DNA of 63,646 nucleotides, the filler included. It is 12 parts of 12 records of this genome, joined end to end, with 100 filler letters (N's around TTAATTAATTAA, not from the genome) between each part and the next. Parts side by side here need not be neighbours in the genome. Positions count along the whole stretch, not along the records: positions 1 to 4,131 come from SRR15195285_7771; positions 4,232 to 10,880 come from SRR15195285_7777; positions 10,981 to 17,236 come from SRR15195285_7780; 9 more parts are not named here. The stretch is one strand, 5' to 3'. This document shows, piece after piece, positions 1-11,394 of the stretch. The translations under genes and the position numbers were made by a program. The notes below the pieces were generated by a model that searched no databases, was not told the DNA's origin, and was given only the letters and a program-made list of their open reading frames with translations. The first letter of the stretch is position 1. Each line of letters begins with the position of its first letter.

Positions 1-420
1 TACTACTACTACTAGTACTACTACTACTAGCTACATTAGATCTAGTACGAGTAAGGCTAGAGGTGTACCAGTGCATGTACTACTACTAGTAGTACAGTAT
101 TGATAGTCAGAACCTACTGTACATGTACTACATGTAGTACGCTAAATATTCTACTCCCGACCATCATGGTAGTACTCACGCACATGTACTCAAGTCCATA
201 CTATAATAGTAATAGAGCCGCATCTGTCTATAGTAGGGATCCCTACTAGTATGCTCGAGTACTATGAATGCTAGTAGTAGCTACCGGTACGGTACATGTG
301 CTGCACATGTATTATAGAAATTGTCATTGTCATTGTCATTATAGCACATGCTGTCATGGCTGCATGGCTGGTACAGACATGCACGCCATGATGCACGCAC
401 AGATGTCACCTTGTCAGAAT
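1..420. repeat. Low-complexity intergenic tract: (TAC)n plus dense GTAC/CTAG/CATG palindromic words and (TTGTCA)3
   Basis: tactactactactagtactactactactag at the start; many tacatgta/actagt/gcatgc words; ttgtcattgtcattgtcatt at about 321-340. Confidence 0.75.
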
Positions 421-617
421 GCACGCACACCGCCGCGGTTCGAGTACAGCTGTGAATGAACGCCGGGAGCCCGGGACCGCAGCTGCTCCAGAAGTCTAGC
501 GTGGAAGGGATCTAAACGTGGGCCAGCGCGTTGCGTCGCAGTCGGGGGCGTGGCTGCCATAACGACAAAGCTGTCTGGGCTACCTGTTTTCCCGCACATC
601 CGGAACGCCAGCACATC

Positions 618-2029
618 ATGCCGAAGAAGCAGAAGCAGACACCTACACCAGCTGGGTCTCGCGAGAAGTACACGGTGCTCAAGGATACGCCCACGAGGAA
701 GACTGCGAAGCCGAAGGCCGATCAAAATGGAATGTTGCGGAAAGGTCAGGTGGTTATCGTAAATGTGCGTATATAGTCCGTACACGCGCAGCTCCGCGTC
801 TGCACTTGCGTTGATATCGCAATGTGCAGCACTTCGTCGCTAACGCACCGCGCACCACTATGCGTACCCCACAGGGGCGGAACACTCTAGACGGAGTAGA
901 ACGATTTCATGTCGTGTCTCAAATCCATGACAAAAAGAAGGTTGATGGATGGGTTCGTGCCAAAGAAAAGGGGCAGCCGCTTCTCGTGCCCGAAGGAGAG
1001 GAGTTTAGCGCTGGCATGGCACCGCCGGCAAATATGTCTGCGGCGGAGAAGCTGAAGTGGAAGAAGCAGCAGCGCATGAACACATTGCCGACAATCTATG
1101 GTGAAAGTACGTTGCAGGCGATTGATGCCACCAGCAAAGCAAAGGCTACAGTAGGAGCGATCCCCGGCTCCATTAATTGGGGCATTAGACCAGTAAATAT
1201 TGCCATCGCAGAGCAGGGCAAGATTGGCGTGACTTGGGTTCCGGTTCGAGACGCAGCTACGGGGAGCGAAGCAGTAACGATTGAGAGCATCGCAGTAGGC
1301 GGACAGATGGATCAGCATCGCCAGCTAGGGGCTCCATTATGTCCTGGGCTTGCGCTGTCCAACGCTGCGGGGCGATCAACGGCAGGGATGTCATACTCGG
1401 AGGTGCTTGAGCATGTAAAATCGGCTGGGCGACCATTAGAGCTGCAGTTTGCCGGCATAGCTAAAGACACACCAGACGAGGTGCAGTCAGCGCTTACAAA
1501 AGGCGAAGCGCTGCCAACTAACATTGACACATCAACGGCTTTTCATGAGATGGCTGGGAAATCTAAAGTGGCAACAAAACTTAATGGTAGGGTTTGGAAC
1601 GCCCAGAGCGGCCGCAAGCGCACGGCAACACCGGTCACCGTGTTTCCTGGCGAAGGTGGTGAATCTGGACACGTTGATATCACAAGTGCCGAGCCCGGGG
1701 AGAAGCCAAAACTGCTGGAGTCGCTATCGTATTTAGAGATCCAAACCTTCTATGTGGACAAGGGGTCCAATGAGCCGCATATATGCTTCGCACATCGACC
1801 AGACCCTGAAGGAGTGGCGCGAAATATCAAACTGTTTATGCCAAGCGACCAGGCAACTGAGCTCGCCGACGCTGTGATGGGTCTGATGCAGGAAATTCAT
1901 GAGCGTCGTAATCCGCATGCTGCTTTCGAAGAGGGCGGCTCGGCAGTGACGACGATGGCCAGTGCTATTTTCGACCAGACGTCTGATAATCCTATGTTTG
2001 ACGGAGCCAGCGATGAAGAAGACACTTGA
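618..2029 (+). CDS. SH3b-like + PDZ + C-terminal PH/PTB-like scaffold protein (2 exons: 618-764, 830-2029)
   Basis: A phase-0 intron GTGCGT..TGCAG at 765-829 joins YTVLKDTPTRKTA..GMLRKGQVVIVN to HFV..DGWV (SH3-like). PDZ pattern: GKIGVTW..VTIESIAVGGQ..LCPGLALSNAAG..MSYSEVLEHVKSAGRPLELQF. The C-terminal beta-rich region ending in a helix is PH-like (weak). Confidence 0.7.
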
Positions 2030-2331
2030 GCGGGTGCAGACACAAAGTGTTCAACGAGTGTGTTCGTAAAATGTAAATTCTGCACCCCGCGGAATGTTAT
2101 CCCAGTGGTCTCGGTGTCTGCTGTTCGTTAGTGGGCGTGTCGACTTTGTCCATCGGTCGATCAATTGTCGTTCTCAGATACAACATGCAGGCTCAGACCG
2201 GATTCAACGCCTCGAGTTTGCCAGTCGCCTCGCAAAAAATCTGCCGGCCGTCTCGATCGGATGGTCAAGGTACGGCACGACTCGGCACTGTCCCTGAGGG
2301 ACCGCCAGTGCCTGGAAAACTGTTGCAAAAG

Positions 2332-4060
2332 TCATACACTTGCCTTTGCAGCTTTAACCGCCCAGAGCCAGAAATCATAATGCGGAGAGTTGCGCAACAA
2401 GAACGTGAACCTGTTTGGGCCTGGTCGGACAGACTCTTGCTGCTGTAGCTGTGCTAGAAACCCGGGCCAGCTCGACCCAGTAAATGTGCGCCGGAATTCA
2501 AGAAGCTTCGCAAGCATTGCCAGCACCGTGGGGTCGTCTGGCAACACGACTTCTTTGGGTAGCTTCACTTGCGTAAGTGTTGCAGCAGTGATCGGACTGC
2601 CTAAACTGCCTACCATAGTGGCGTCGCTACATCCCGCGAGTGACGCCGTGGTGTCTTCGGCTGTACTGTCGCTATCACTTGTGTCAGAATCTCCGTACGC
2701 AGCCAGACCCGGCAAAGTGTTCGCCGTGTTGTCATCCGAACCCAGTTGCTGACTCTTCCTCTTCGCTTGCTCTTCATCTACATAAGATCGAAAAACGCTG
2801 TGGCGCGGGTCGTCGTGCAACAAAAAATCGAATGTGCTGTCGAGAGCATTGAGCGACCGACATTTAGCAGGCACAACAGCAGCACGGCAGCATACATGGT
2901 GGAGAAAATTGTGACTGATGCAAATGGGCTCCTGCACGGACCGGTTGTGGATGTTTTTGAACTTCAGCACATCGATTGCCCTGCAGACCCCGTCGGGCTG
3001 TGAGCATACAAAGCTGGCCGTCCGGCGCATAACCTCTTGGTCTTGCTCAGACGGTTGAGCTTGAGCGAGGCTCTTGTCGTATTTAAACCCAACAGCAGTA
3101 CAAGTGCGGATCGACTCGCTTGAGGGTTTGGTCTGCTTTGCGATGGTCCCGCCATCGGTTCGATGGAGATCACGGTAGCGCTCTGCAGCCAGCTGCTGCT
3201 GAAGCTCGCCATCTTCGTCCGGGGGTGTCTGCAGCGCGAAGGCTTTGAGCTTCTTGATATCTCCCTCATTCTCCAGCAGCAGCCGTGCGTCGTAGCGATC
3301 GACAAGCAGGCCCTCATGGCCCATCCACGGCTGGAGGTGCTTCTCAGCGTGGATCCATTGGGCCAGCTTGTCATCGCGCACCGCGGCCAGCTGATGCCCA
3401 CGGACGCAAAGCATCTCTGTACAGCAGAATCATAGCGCATTCTTTAAACAAGACGGTACATTCTCAAAACAGTACCTATAGTGTGGTCATCTTGGTCATG
3501 ATTGCAGCAGGGGCCACTGCGAGAGAGGCGGCAGGCGGACATACGGATGCCATGGGGACACAGGGCTTGCGATTACCGTCTTTCTGAGAAGTGCCGTTTC
3601 CTTCAACACTACGTCGCCGCTTCCGCCCCATGCGTGATTCTGGCAGCACCTGGTCCGTTCAACAGCAATGTATAAGAACCAGACATGGAGGCGGGCACGC
3701 AGGCAGACAGACAGGCAGGGAGATAGGCAGGCAGGCAGGCAGATTGACAGATGGACAGCCAGGCTCCGGATTGGCAGATAGACAGCCACCCTGGCTGTCT
3801 TGCTGGCACTCAGACCGGCAAACAAGCAAGCAAGCAGACAGGCAACCAGGCAACCAGGCAGGCTGGCAACCAGGCAGCTGAAGTTGGCAGATAGACAGCC
3901 AGGCTGGCTTTCTGCCAGGTAGACAGCCAGGCTGACTGACAGAAGCATCCTGACGCCATCGACAGATACGTACAGCCAGCGGGTCTCTCGGATCGTACTG
4001 CACCGCCACGCCAGCAAGGGCCCTCGCATCCGCGTCGCCGTACGCCTCCACGTCCTCCAT
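2332..4060 (-). CDS. SFSWAP: Suppressor-of-white-apricot-like splicing factor (DRY_EERY + two SURP-like domains), multi-exon
   Basis: HLQPW..LLVDRYDARLLL..AERYRDL is the DRY/EERY signature. First SURP: VMRRTASFV..[intron 2941-2837]..FDFLLHDDPRH. Second SURP-like: RFTFLLRNSPHYDFW. The 5' exons are uncertain (ATG 4060 or ATG 3631, with intron 3576-3417); the 3' end may be spliced further. Confidence 0.75.
3690..3965. repeat. Degenerate tetranucleotide satellite (CAGG/CAGA/CAAG)n, probably intronic
   Basis: aggcagacagacaggcagggagataggcaggcaggcaggcagattgacag...; on the minus strand it lies between a GTACGT donor (about 3973) and a CCAG acceptor (about 3651). Confidence 0.8.
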
Positions 4061-4131
4061 CCCCTCCCTCTCGACCTCTCTCACAGGGGCTCAGAATTCG
4101 CCACTCCGCGGAGTGAAAACAACAGCAATTT

Positions 4132-4231
4132 NNNNNNNNNNNNNNNNNNNNNNNNNNNNNNNNNNNNNNNNNNNNTTAATTAATTAANNNNNNNNNNNNN
4201 NNNNNNNNNNNNNNNNNNNNNNNNNNNNNNN
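4132..4231. other. Artificial contig linker (44 N + TTAATTAATTAA + 44 N); first of 11
   Basis: Identical 100-bp spacers also at 10881-10980, 17237-17336, 20743-20842, 25100-25199, 33925-34024, 37414-37513, 41052-41151, 45006-45105, 52891-52990 and 59152-59251; the core has stops in all six frames. Confidence 0.99.
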
Positions 4232-4806
4232 GCGTGATTCCGCTTGCAAAACACCAGTTCCACCCAACGAGGCATCAGCTGCCACTCTCAGCACTCAAGC
4301 GGTGAAATTCTGGAGTGACGCATTCCCCGGTAGGCGGAAACCTTGAATACCGATACATGTACCATTTACACACGTACCTGAACCTGGTAGTATGGAGAGC
4401 GTTGGCACATGGCAGTTTTTGGGATTCCTGCGGGCGTGTGATGAGAAATCACTCACTCGGAGGGTGACCTCAGCTACATGTACATGTATGCCCGCGTACT
4501 CAAGTACTGTACCGTTCTGTGCGAGCTTGAACCGTTCGATGCCCGCGCGGGTCATCAAGTGAGCACTGCATGAGCAGGCAAGCAAAAGTACAGCATGTCA
4601 TGAGATTGGGGCGACTGGACTGGAGGGTGTCAGCGCGAACAACCTGCAATGCTGCCAAACACACGGTGAATGCTTTGTTACTTCAATATCGGCAGTGGCT
4701 CTAGCGAAATATGTATGAATGTGATTGATTTGCGAATCGCAGCACGGTACATGTACTAGTCCGCTGAGCTGATCTCCTCAACGTGCACACGACGGACGGG
4801 CTGCGA

Positions 4807-6672
4807 ATGATGCGGGCGGCTGCGCACAGGCTTGCTGCAGTAGGCCGTCATGTGGCGCCCGAAGCTGTCGAGGATGTGGCGGGCAGCAGAGAGGGTTGTT
4901 GGACGAGCGCCGCTGCAAGCGAGGGCGTGAACGATGCGACCGGCCTCTTCGCAGCAGACTCACCAGCCAAGCTGATCTCAACCGCGCGGGAGTTGGGTGC
5001 CACGGATACAGCGATAGACGGCTGCCTAGCAGGCGGGCGAGAGCAGATCCTCGATCAGCTGCGCGCGCTGATAGCGTCGGTCCGTGCACCGCTCGATCTG
5101 GCAAATCAACCGTCAAATTGGACGCGGGTTGCCACAGAGGCTGAGCTCACCACCGTCGGGAATACCCCTTTGAGCGTGTCGCTGGAGATGATCACCAACC
5201 CACAGCAATCTTTAGCTCGTCGCAAGACTAAGATTGTCTGCACACTTGGGCCTGCATCCTGGTCCGAGGATGCCATGGCTGGTCTGCTCGATGCCGGATG
5301 CAATGTTGGGCGGTTCAACTTCAGCCACGGCTCGCACGAAACCCATCAAAAGAACCTCGATCAGTTCCGCGCGGTGTGTGCCGCAAAGGGTAGCAACACC
5401 GCAATCCTCGTAGATACAAAAGGACCGGAGATCCGCTCGTCGATGCTGAAGGGCGGGCAAGATATATTCCTTGAAGCAGGAGAGGAGGTGATCATATACG
5501 CGGCTGGAGACGACTATACCACTTACGAGGGATTCAGGGACAGGGAAAGCAAGAAGACCAATATCGGCTGCTCGTATGCTGCTTTGGCAAGCACAGTAAG
5601 CCCTGGCGACCGCATCCTCTTTGCGGATGGAATGGTGGTGCTTTCTGTATTGGAGATTGTCGACGACAAGAACGTGCGGTGCATCTGCCACAACAGCGCG
5701 AAGCTCGGCGAACGGAAGAACTGCAACTTGCCCGGAGTCAAGGTTGAGCTTCCCGTGCTCATGGATAAGGACATTGACGACCTCCAGAACTTTGCCTGCA
5801 AAAATCAAGTTGACTACGTGGCCATTTCCTTCGTGCAGAGTGGAGAGGATGTACAGTACGTACGGCAGGTCTTGGATAGCGCAGGCGGCCAGAACATCCA
5901 AATCATTAGCAAGATCGAGAACGAAGCTGGCCTGCAAAACTTCGACACTATTCTGCAGCACACCGACGGTGTAATGGTTGCTCGCGGCGACTTGGGCATG
6001 GAAATTCCGCCGGAGAAGATTCCACTCGCGCAAAAGTGGATGATTGCCAAGTGCAACCAGGCAGGGAAGTTCGTTGTCACAGCGACACAGCTACTCGAGT
6101 CGATGATCAGTAGCCCGCTCCCTACGCGGGCCGAAATGACGGATGTAGCAAACTCCGTCTTCGACGGGACGGACGCCACGATGCTTTCGGGCGAGACAGC
6201 AAATGGGATCGATCCATCCAATGCATGTGCGACTATGGCTGCGATTTCAGCAACTGCGGAACTCGCTTGCGATTTCTCGAATGTCGTCAAGGCCAGAAGG
6301 GCATCTTCCGACGAGCTCGCTGAGCTGGCCTCTGCTGTAGAGCTCGTCGGCAAGATCAACGACTCGAGTGCTGAGCTAGCAGTATGTTTGTGCGATGATT
6401 TGGACTTGCTACGCGAAATTGCACACTATAAACCAACAGTCCCAGTTGTCGTCGGGACGAGGAGTAAACGGATCGCTCGTGCCACGAGTTGCCTGTTCGG
6501 GGTCTGGCCATGCCTGATTGAAGACAGCGCTGCTTTCACTGTTTTCTCTGTACTAGACGCAGCGGCAAAGATTGGAATATTCACTGATGAGGACAGCACA
6601 GTCGTTCTGCTTGGTGCTGACAAGACGGTAGAGTTGCTTCAGCATTCGGAGTCAATGAGCGACGTCAAATGA
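4807..6672 (+). CDS. PYK: Pyruvate kinase with about 135-aa N-terminal extension
   Basis: RKTKIVCTLGPAS, RFNFSHGSHE, DTKGPEIR, IISKIENEAG, DGVMVARGDLGMEIP, TATQLLESM, PTRAEMTDVANSVFDGTDATMLSGETA; single exon. Confidence 0.97.
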   Translation: MMRAAAHRLAAVGRHVAPEAVEDVAGSREGCWTSAAASEGVNDATGLFAADSPAKLISTARELGATDTAIDGCLAGGREQILDQLRALIASVRAPLDLANQPSNWTRVATEAELTTVGNTPLSVSLEMITNPQQSLARRKTKIVCTLGPASWSEDAMAGLLDAGCNVGRFNFSHGSHETHQKNLDQFRAVCAAKGSNTAILVDTKGPEIRSSMLKGGQDIFLEAGEEVIIYAAGDDYTTYEGFRDRESKKTNIGCSYAALASTVSPGDRILFADGMVVLSVLEIVDDKNVRCICHNSAKLGERKNCNLPGVKVELPVLMDKDIDDLQNFACKNQVDYVAISFVQSGEDVQYVRQVLDSAGGQNIQIISKIENEAGLQNFDTILQHTDGVMVARGDLGMEIPPEKIPLAQKWMIAKCNQAGKFVVTATQLLESMISSPLPTRAEMTDVANSVFDGTDATMLSGETANGIDPSNACATMAAISATAELACDFSNVVKARRASSDELAELASAVELVGKINDSSAELAVCLCDDLDLLREIAHYKPTVPVVVGTRSKRIARATSCLFGVWPCLIEDSAAFTVFSVLDAAAKIGIFTDEDSTVVLLGADKTVELLQHSESMSDVK

Positions 6673-6742
6673 TAAGTGATAAGATAATGATCATCAGTCT
6701 ACTATGTAATGCAATATCTACCTCCACTCGGTGCGTCATGGC

Positions 6743-9700
6743 TTAGAGTGTGTCGCCTACCTCACTGTGAGCTGGTGCAGCCAATGGCGAAGTCCCACCC
6801 ACTGCCCCTGCCCCGAAAGATGTGTCGACACTGTGCCCATTGTAGCGATACGCATAGTCACGCATTGCCACTGGGCCCTCACTGCTGCGCAGAAAGCCAC
6901 CATCCTCAGGCGGTACGCCTCCATCCACCTCCTCGAGGGCCGCAATGTGCAGCGGTACTTCGCGCGGGGTCACTTCAGGCAACGGGCTGCGTACTCTGCC
7001 ATCCGAGCCCGAGCCAATGCTTTCGTCTTCGTTAATGAAAACCCAGAGCCCACCTTGTTCCTGCTTGCGGCGATTCCTCGTGTCCTCGATTGTGCTGAGA
7101 GCGCCCTTTCCGTTAAGCAACGCAGCCGACTTGTTAATAAAGTCGAACAGTTTGGTCTCTGCACCGACCGCGCGGAGTTCAGCCTCCGCCACGTGTCTTG
7201 CCGATTCCTGCTGGACACGATCCGCAGAGCTCTCTAACCACGTGGCATCAGCAGCCCTGAGCAGAGGCAGCGAATAAGTCAACACGTGTTAGATACGCAG
7301 ATGCATCCAGCAAGGTGGAAGGTGGTATGAAATGGATATACTGTGGAGCGGAAAAGTCTCAGCTCGGACCACTTCTGTTTCTTCCTTTCGCTTTCGACTA
7401 GTAGTGAGCGCAATCGATGTTCTGACTGCAACATTTCGGTCCTAAGCGCGTCCTGGGCGCGCCTTGACTCGACACGCTCCTGCGACCATGGAGCGCGAGA
7501 AACAATGGCAACGCAACGCACAGGTCAAGAACGGCATTACAAATTGGACTCACAAAATCTACAGACAATGAATAGGCAAGCTCCGCACCGTGCTCAGCTC
7601 GGTACCTATGTCGTACAGCTGCTGTGCCGCGAGTGCACTGCTGGCCTCAGCCTCATCGGCTTGCGTGTGCGACGCATCTCGTTCTGCAATCAGCTGCTGG
7701 CGCTCTTGGCCGAAGCTGGCATTGCGACGTTGAAGCTCTGCACAAGCCATGTCTCGTTCGTGCGTAAGCGTCCGCATTGTTGCTTCTAAAGCTGTCACAG
7801 TTTTGCTGTGTGCGAGGTCTTTCTGTCCGAGTCTTGCACGCAGGCCGTCCTGCTCAATTTTAGCAAATGCAAGTTCTTCCTTGCTACGAGCGGTCACATC
7901 ACCCAGTTCTTCAGCGTGGCGAAGTTTCAACCGTTTGATCAGCCCGTCGCACTCCTTCAACGCCACGTCACGATCGCGGATCAAGCTACTCTTTACTGCA
8001 TTCCATGCAGCTGTCCGCTCTGCTAGCGCAGAAGAACTTGTCGTCTTTTCATCGATTGCCTTGCGCAACAGACCCCCCATGTGTTTTGCTGCTTCCTCCT
8101 GGTTGGCAATAGTTCTCTCTTTATCTGCAAGTAGTATCTGGCACTTCTTGTGCGCAGCGGTCTCCTTGTCATACTCAATCTGCAAGGCATCCAACTGTGA
8201 GCTGATCGTATCTAACTGAGTTGTCATTCTTTTCCGATCCTCGTCCCATTGCGATGCTTTGACCGCGATCTCCGATGACAATGATGCAGTGCTCTCACTA
8301 GCCTGGGCCATAACTGCAGAGATCCGTTCACTCGACTCCTGGAGCAGGGTTGCCTTCGCCTGTTCTGCCGCCGCAATAGCCACCGCGTGTTGGTCCAAAA
8401 CTTCGGCCCTGTCTGTCGCATGAGCCGCTCGGGCTGCATGTGTTTCTCGTTCTGCTTTACTCAACGCACCCTCTAGCGTTGGGACCCTATCCAACAGCGT
8501 CCGCTCCGCAGTGTCCAGCAGTCCAGCCAGCCGCGAAATCTCTGCAGCTGCCGCAGCTTGAGCAGCCTTGGCAGAAGATTCTTCCTGTTCGAGTCTCTCC
8601 CTCAGAGCTAGCTCAACACCAGCAGCCTTGGTCTCCACTGCTACAATAGTACTAGTCACTTGCTCTTGTAGCGCAGAGATCCTCACAGTGAGTACACGAT
8701 CCATCTCCATCTCTTGTGCCTTTAAGCGTGCTGTTAATGTCCTCTTTTCTTCTGTCCATGTCGCTTGTTCCTCTGCTCTGGCCTTCCCAATCAGTGTTGC
8801 CGTGTGCCTTGAGACACGATCGAGACGTTGGTCAGCGAGTTGTAGCTTGGTGTGTAAAACAGCTACCTCTTCCTGCGCCGCCTTGGCAAAGTCTGCCTCC
8901 TTCTCCGCTAGCCTCTGCTCATGCAAGCTGACCGTCTGCAAGGCCGCGTTTCGCTCTGTGGCAACTACACCAAGCTTACCCTCGGCCTTTGCCATCGAAA
9001 CTGCCAATTCTGCTTCTTTCGACGCAAACTTGGCTGCTGCTGTTGCTTGTTCGGCTTTTGCTGCTGCAACAGTTGCTGTAAGTTCCTGCTGAGCTGCGTC
9101 AAGCTCCTGTCGTAACTCTACGATTGTTGTGGCGTGTGCATCGACTGTGGCTTCTGCGGTTTGCCGAGTTTTCGACTCTACAGACATCCCAGATTCATAC
9201 TCTTGCAATCGCTTCTGGAGATCCTTCGCAGATGCTTCTGCTTCTGACCTGAGCTGCACCATAGCTGACAGCTCTTGTCTAGTTGCTACTAATGTTTCCT
9301 GCAATGTCAGTTGCTCAGAATGGTGGCGCGTGGCTGTGTGCGTCGCTTGTTTGGTGTTTTCGTGCGCCTCCGCTTCACAAACGGCCTCAACAATTCCAAG
9401 CTCGATGACACGAGCCAATTCTGCGTCCATCCAGTGTTGACCCAAGCGCTCAGCTTCTGCCTCAGCCGCATGGCGACGGCTTCGCTCTACATCAGCTTCC
9501 TCCTTGTCCGCCTGGCTCTGTGATCTATGTTGTGCGAGCATCATTTTAATGGAATCTCGCATTTCTACATTGTCTTGCTGAATCTCGGCAATTTTGGCCC
9601 TAAAGACGCGTTTCACTCCAGCAAGGTGCTCCTCGAGTTGCTGCGTCCCCTCTTTGGACACATCCTCACAGCATTGTGCATAAATATGGCCTTCAAACGC

Positions 9701-10880
9701 CTCCCACGTGATCCCGACCTCATGATCACAGCCCATTTGTGTGCATTCGACGATCCACTGCGCGTCAAACTTGTCGTCAACACGTGGTGGCGTGCCCCAC
9801 GCACCAATCCCCTCTAGGTACAGCTTGTACTCGGCTTGCTGCAACACACCAGAGCCAGTCGCATCGCAGAACCCAAAGATATCTGCAATCATCGCCTTGT
9901 TCTCAGCCCTGGTGTAGGCTTGTCGTGTCTCTTCTTGTCGTTGTCGCTCCGCGTCGGCGTGCTTTCCACGGAAGACCTCCAGTTCTTTGCTTGTTGTGTG
10001 CAAATCCTGTTCCAATTTCTTCATTTCAGCCGTTGCGTCACTCAGCTTGATCTCAGCCGAGCTGGCGTCATTCAAACTTTCGTCGCGGAAATTCGTGTTT
10101 GTAGAAGGAACTGCTTTAATATGTCTCAGTTCCTCCTGCGCCACAGCATGTTGTATCGTAACTCTCTCAAGCTGGGATGTGGTGTCCAACAACCGAGACT
10201 TCAAGTCTGTGATCTCAACAATAGCCAACGCGTTCTGCCGTGGGCTCTTGTCTTCAGCGTGCAGCTTTGAACTCAAGTCGTCTATTTGTTCCAATAGTCC
10301 CGCCTTCTCGTCCTTTGCAGCGTTCAGCTCGTGTTGCAGCTTCTGCACCTCAACGGTTTTTTCCTCTTCGAGCTGCGAAGACGACTGGCTTGCTGATAAG
10401 ATTGATTTATCGTCAAGCCCTTCGGCTAGTCCCATTGCAACTTTCTCAGCCTCTTCTCGTGCAGCCTCTGCGCGCAAAATTTTCTCTGCAGCAGATGACA
10501 GCTCTCGCGCCTGCGCTCCAACTTGCCTCTCAAGCTTTGCGATCTCCATCTCGTGATCAACCTGCAAGTCAGCAAAGTCTGTCCGAAGCTTGCTGATAAT
10601 TGCCTGTTGTTGGCTCTTCGGGTATTGGGGTCTCACTCGTTCGCTGAGGCTTAGCCACTGGTTGACTTCCACCATTAGGGCCGTCGAACAATCAGCTTCA
10701 TTACGATGTTGCTGCTGCGTCTGTGCGCTGAGTGCAAGCCACTGGCTAAGTTCAGCGTCGCACGACTCTAACGTATCACTATGCTCCCGCGCCAGCTTCA
10801 TATGTGTATGCTGCAACTCAATAAACGCACGTTGGTGTGTCTCGGCATCGGTGCTGACAGCTTGCACCGCCGCTTCCAAA
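6743..10880 (-). CDS. Large coiled-coil protein with an EF-hand-like motif, 5'-truncated by the contig end
   Basis: >1100 aa of A/E/L/Q/K heptad sequence; IFGFCDATGSGVLQQAEY is an EF-hand-like loop; intron 7588-7480 and a second intron near 7370-7258 link it to ORFs 7279-7521 and 6743-7285. Confidence 0.8.
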
Positions 10881-11070
10881 NNNNNNNNNNNNNNNNNNNN
10901 NNNNNNNNNNNNNNNNNNNNNNNNTTAATTAATTAANNNNNNNNNNNNNNNNNNNNNNNNNNNNNNNNNNNNNNNNNNNNGGACTGATTGTTGGATGAAA
11001 ATGTTGCCCTGTAGGAATTCCCAACCATATTTCGTTTTGCAAAACTGCAGAAAAAGTCTAGACTCCGAAA

Positions 11071-11112
11071 ACGAAAACAAAACTTTCATAGGAGACGAAA
11101 ACAAAACTTTCA
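11071..11112. repeat. 18-bp direct repeat ACGAAAACAAAACTTTCA x2
   Basis: Copies at 11071-11088 and 11095-11112 with a 6-bp spacer. Confidence 0.8.
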
Positions 11113-11394
11113 ACACCTCTGCAGAAGTGACTCACTCTCCTGATCAATAATAAGTCGAATAAGATGCCTCTTGCCTGCACCGCCGGCCGTGTTTTGACGG
11201 CGATCCGCTGCGTCCCTGCGCATACAGATGGAGCGCCGGCGTCCGGACAGCGCGTGGCTGCTGGGCTGCTGGTGAGCACGTGGCTGCGCTTCTGCCTCTA
11301 AAGTCGACCTGTGAGTTAGAGGATTTCTGCAGAGGATCCACGGCCACCTCATTCGGCATACAGCGCCAAGCAGCCAGCGCCAAGAGGTTGCGCC

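Noticed and set aside
3496-4029. ORFs rich in CLPACLS or QAGRQ
   Set aside because: Translations of the tetranucleotide satellite
4176-4187. Regularly recurring TTAATTAATTAA flanked by N runs, superficially like a repeat array
   Set aside because: Artificial concatenation linker with stops in six frames; not biological
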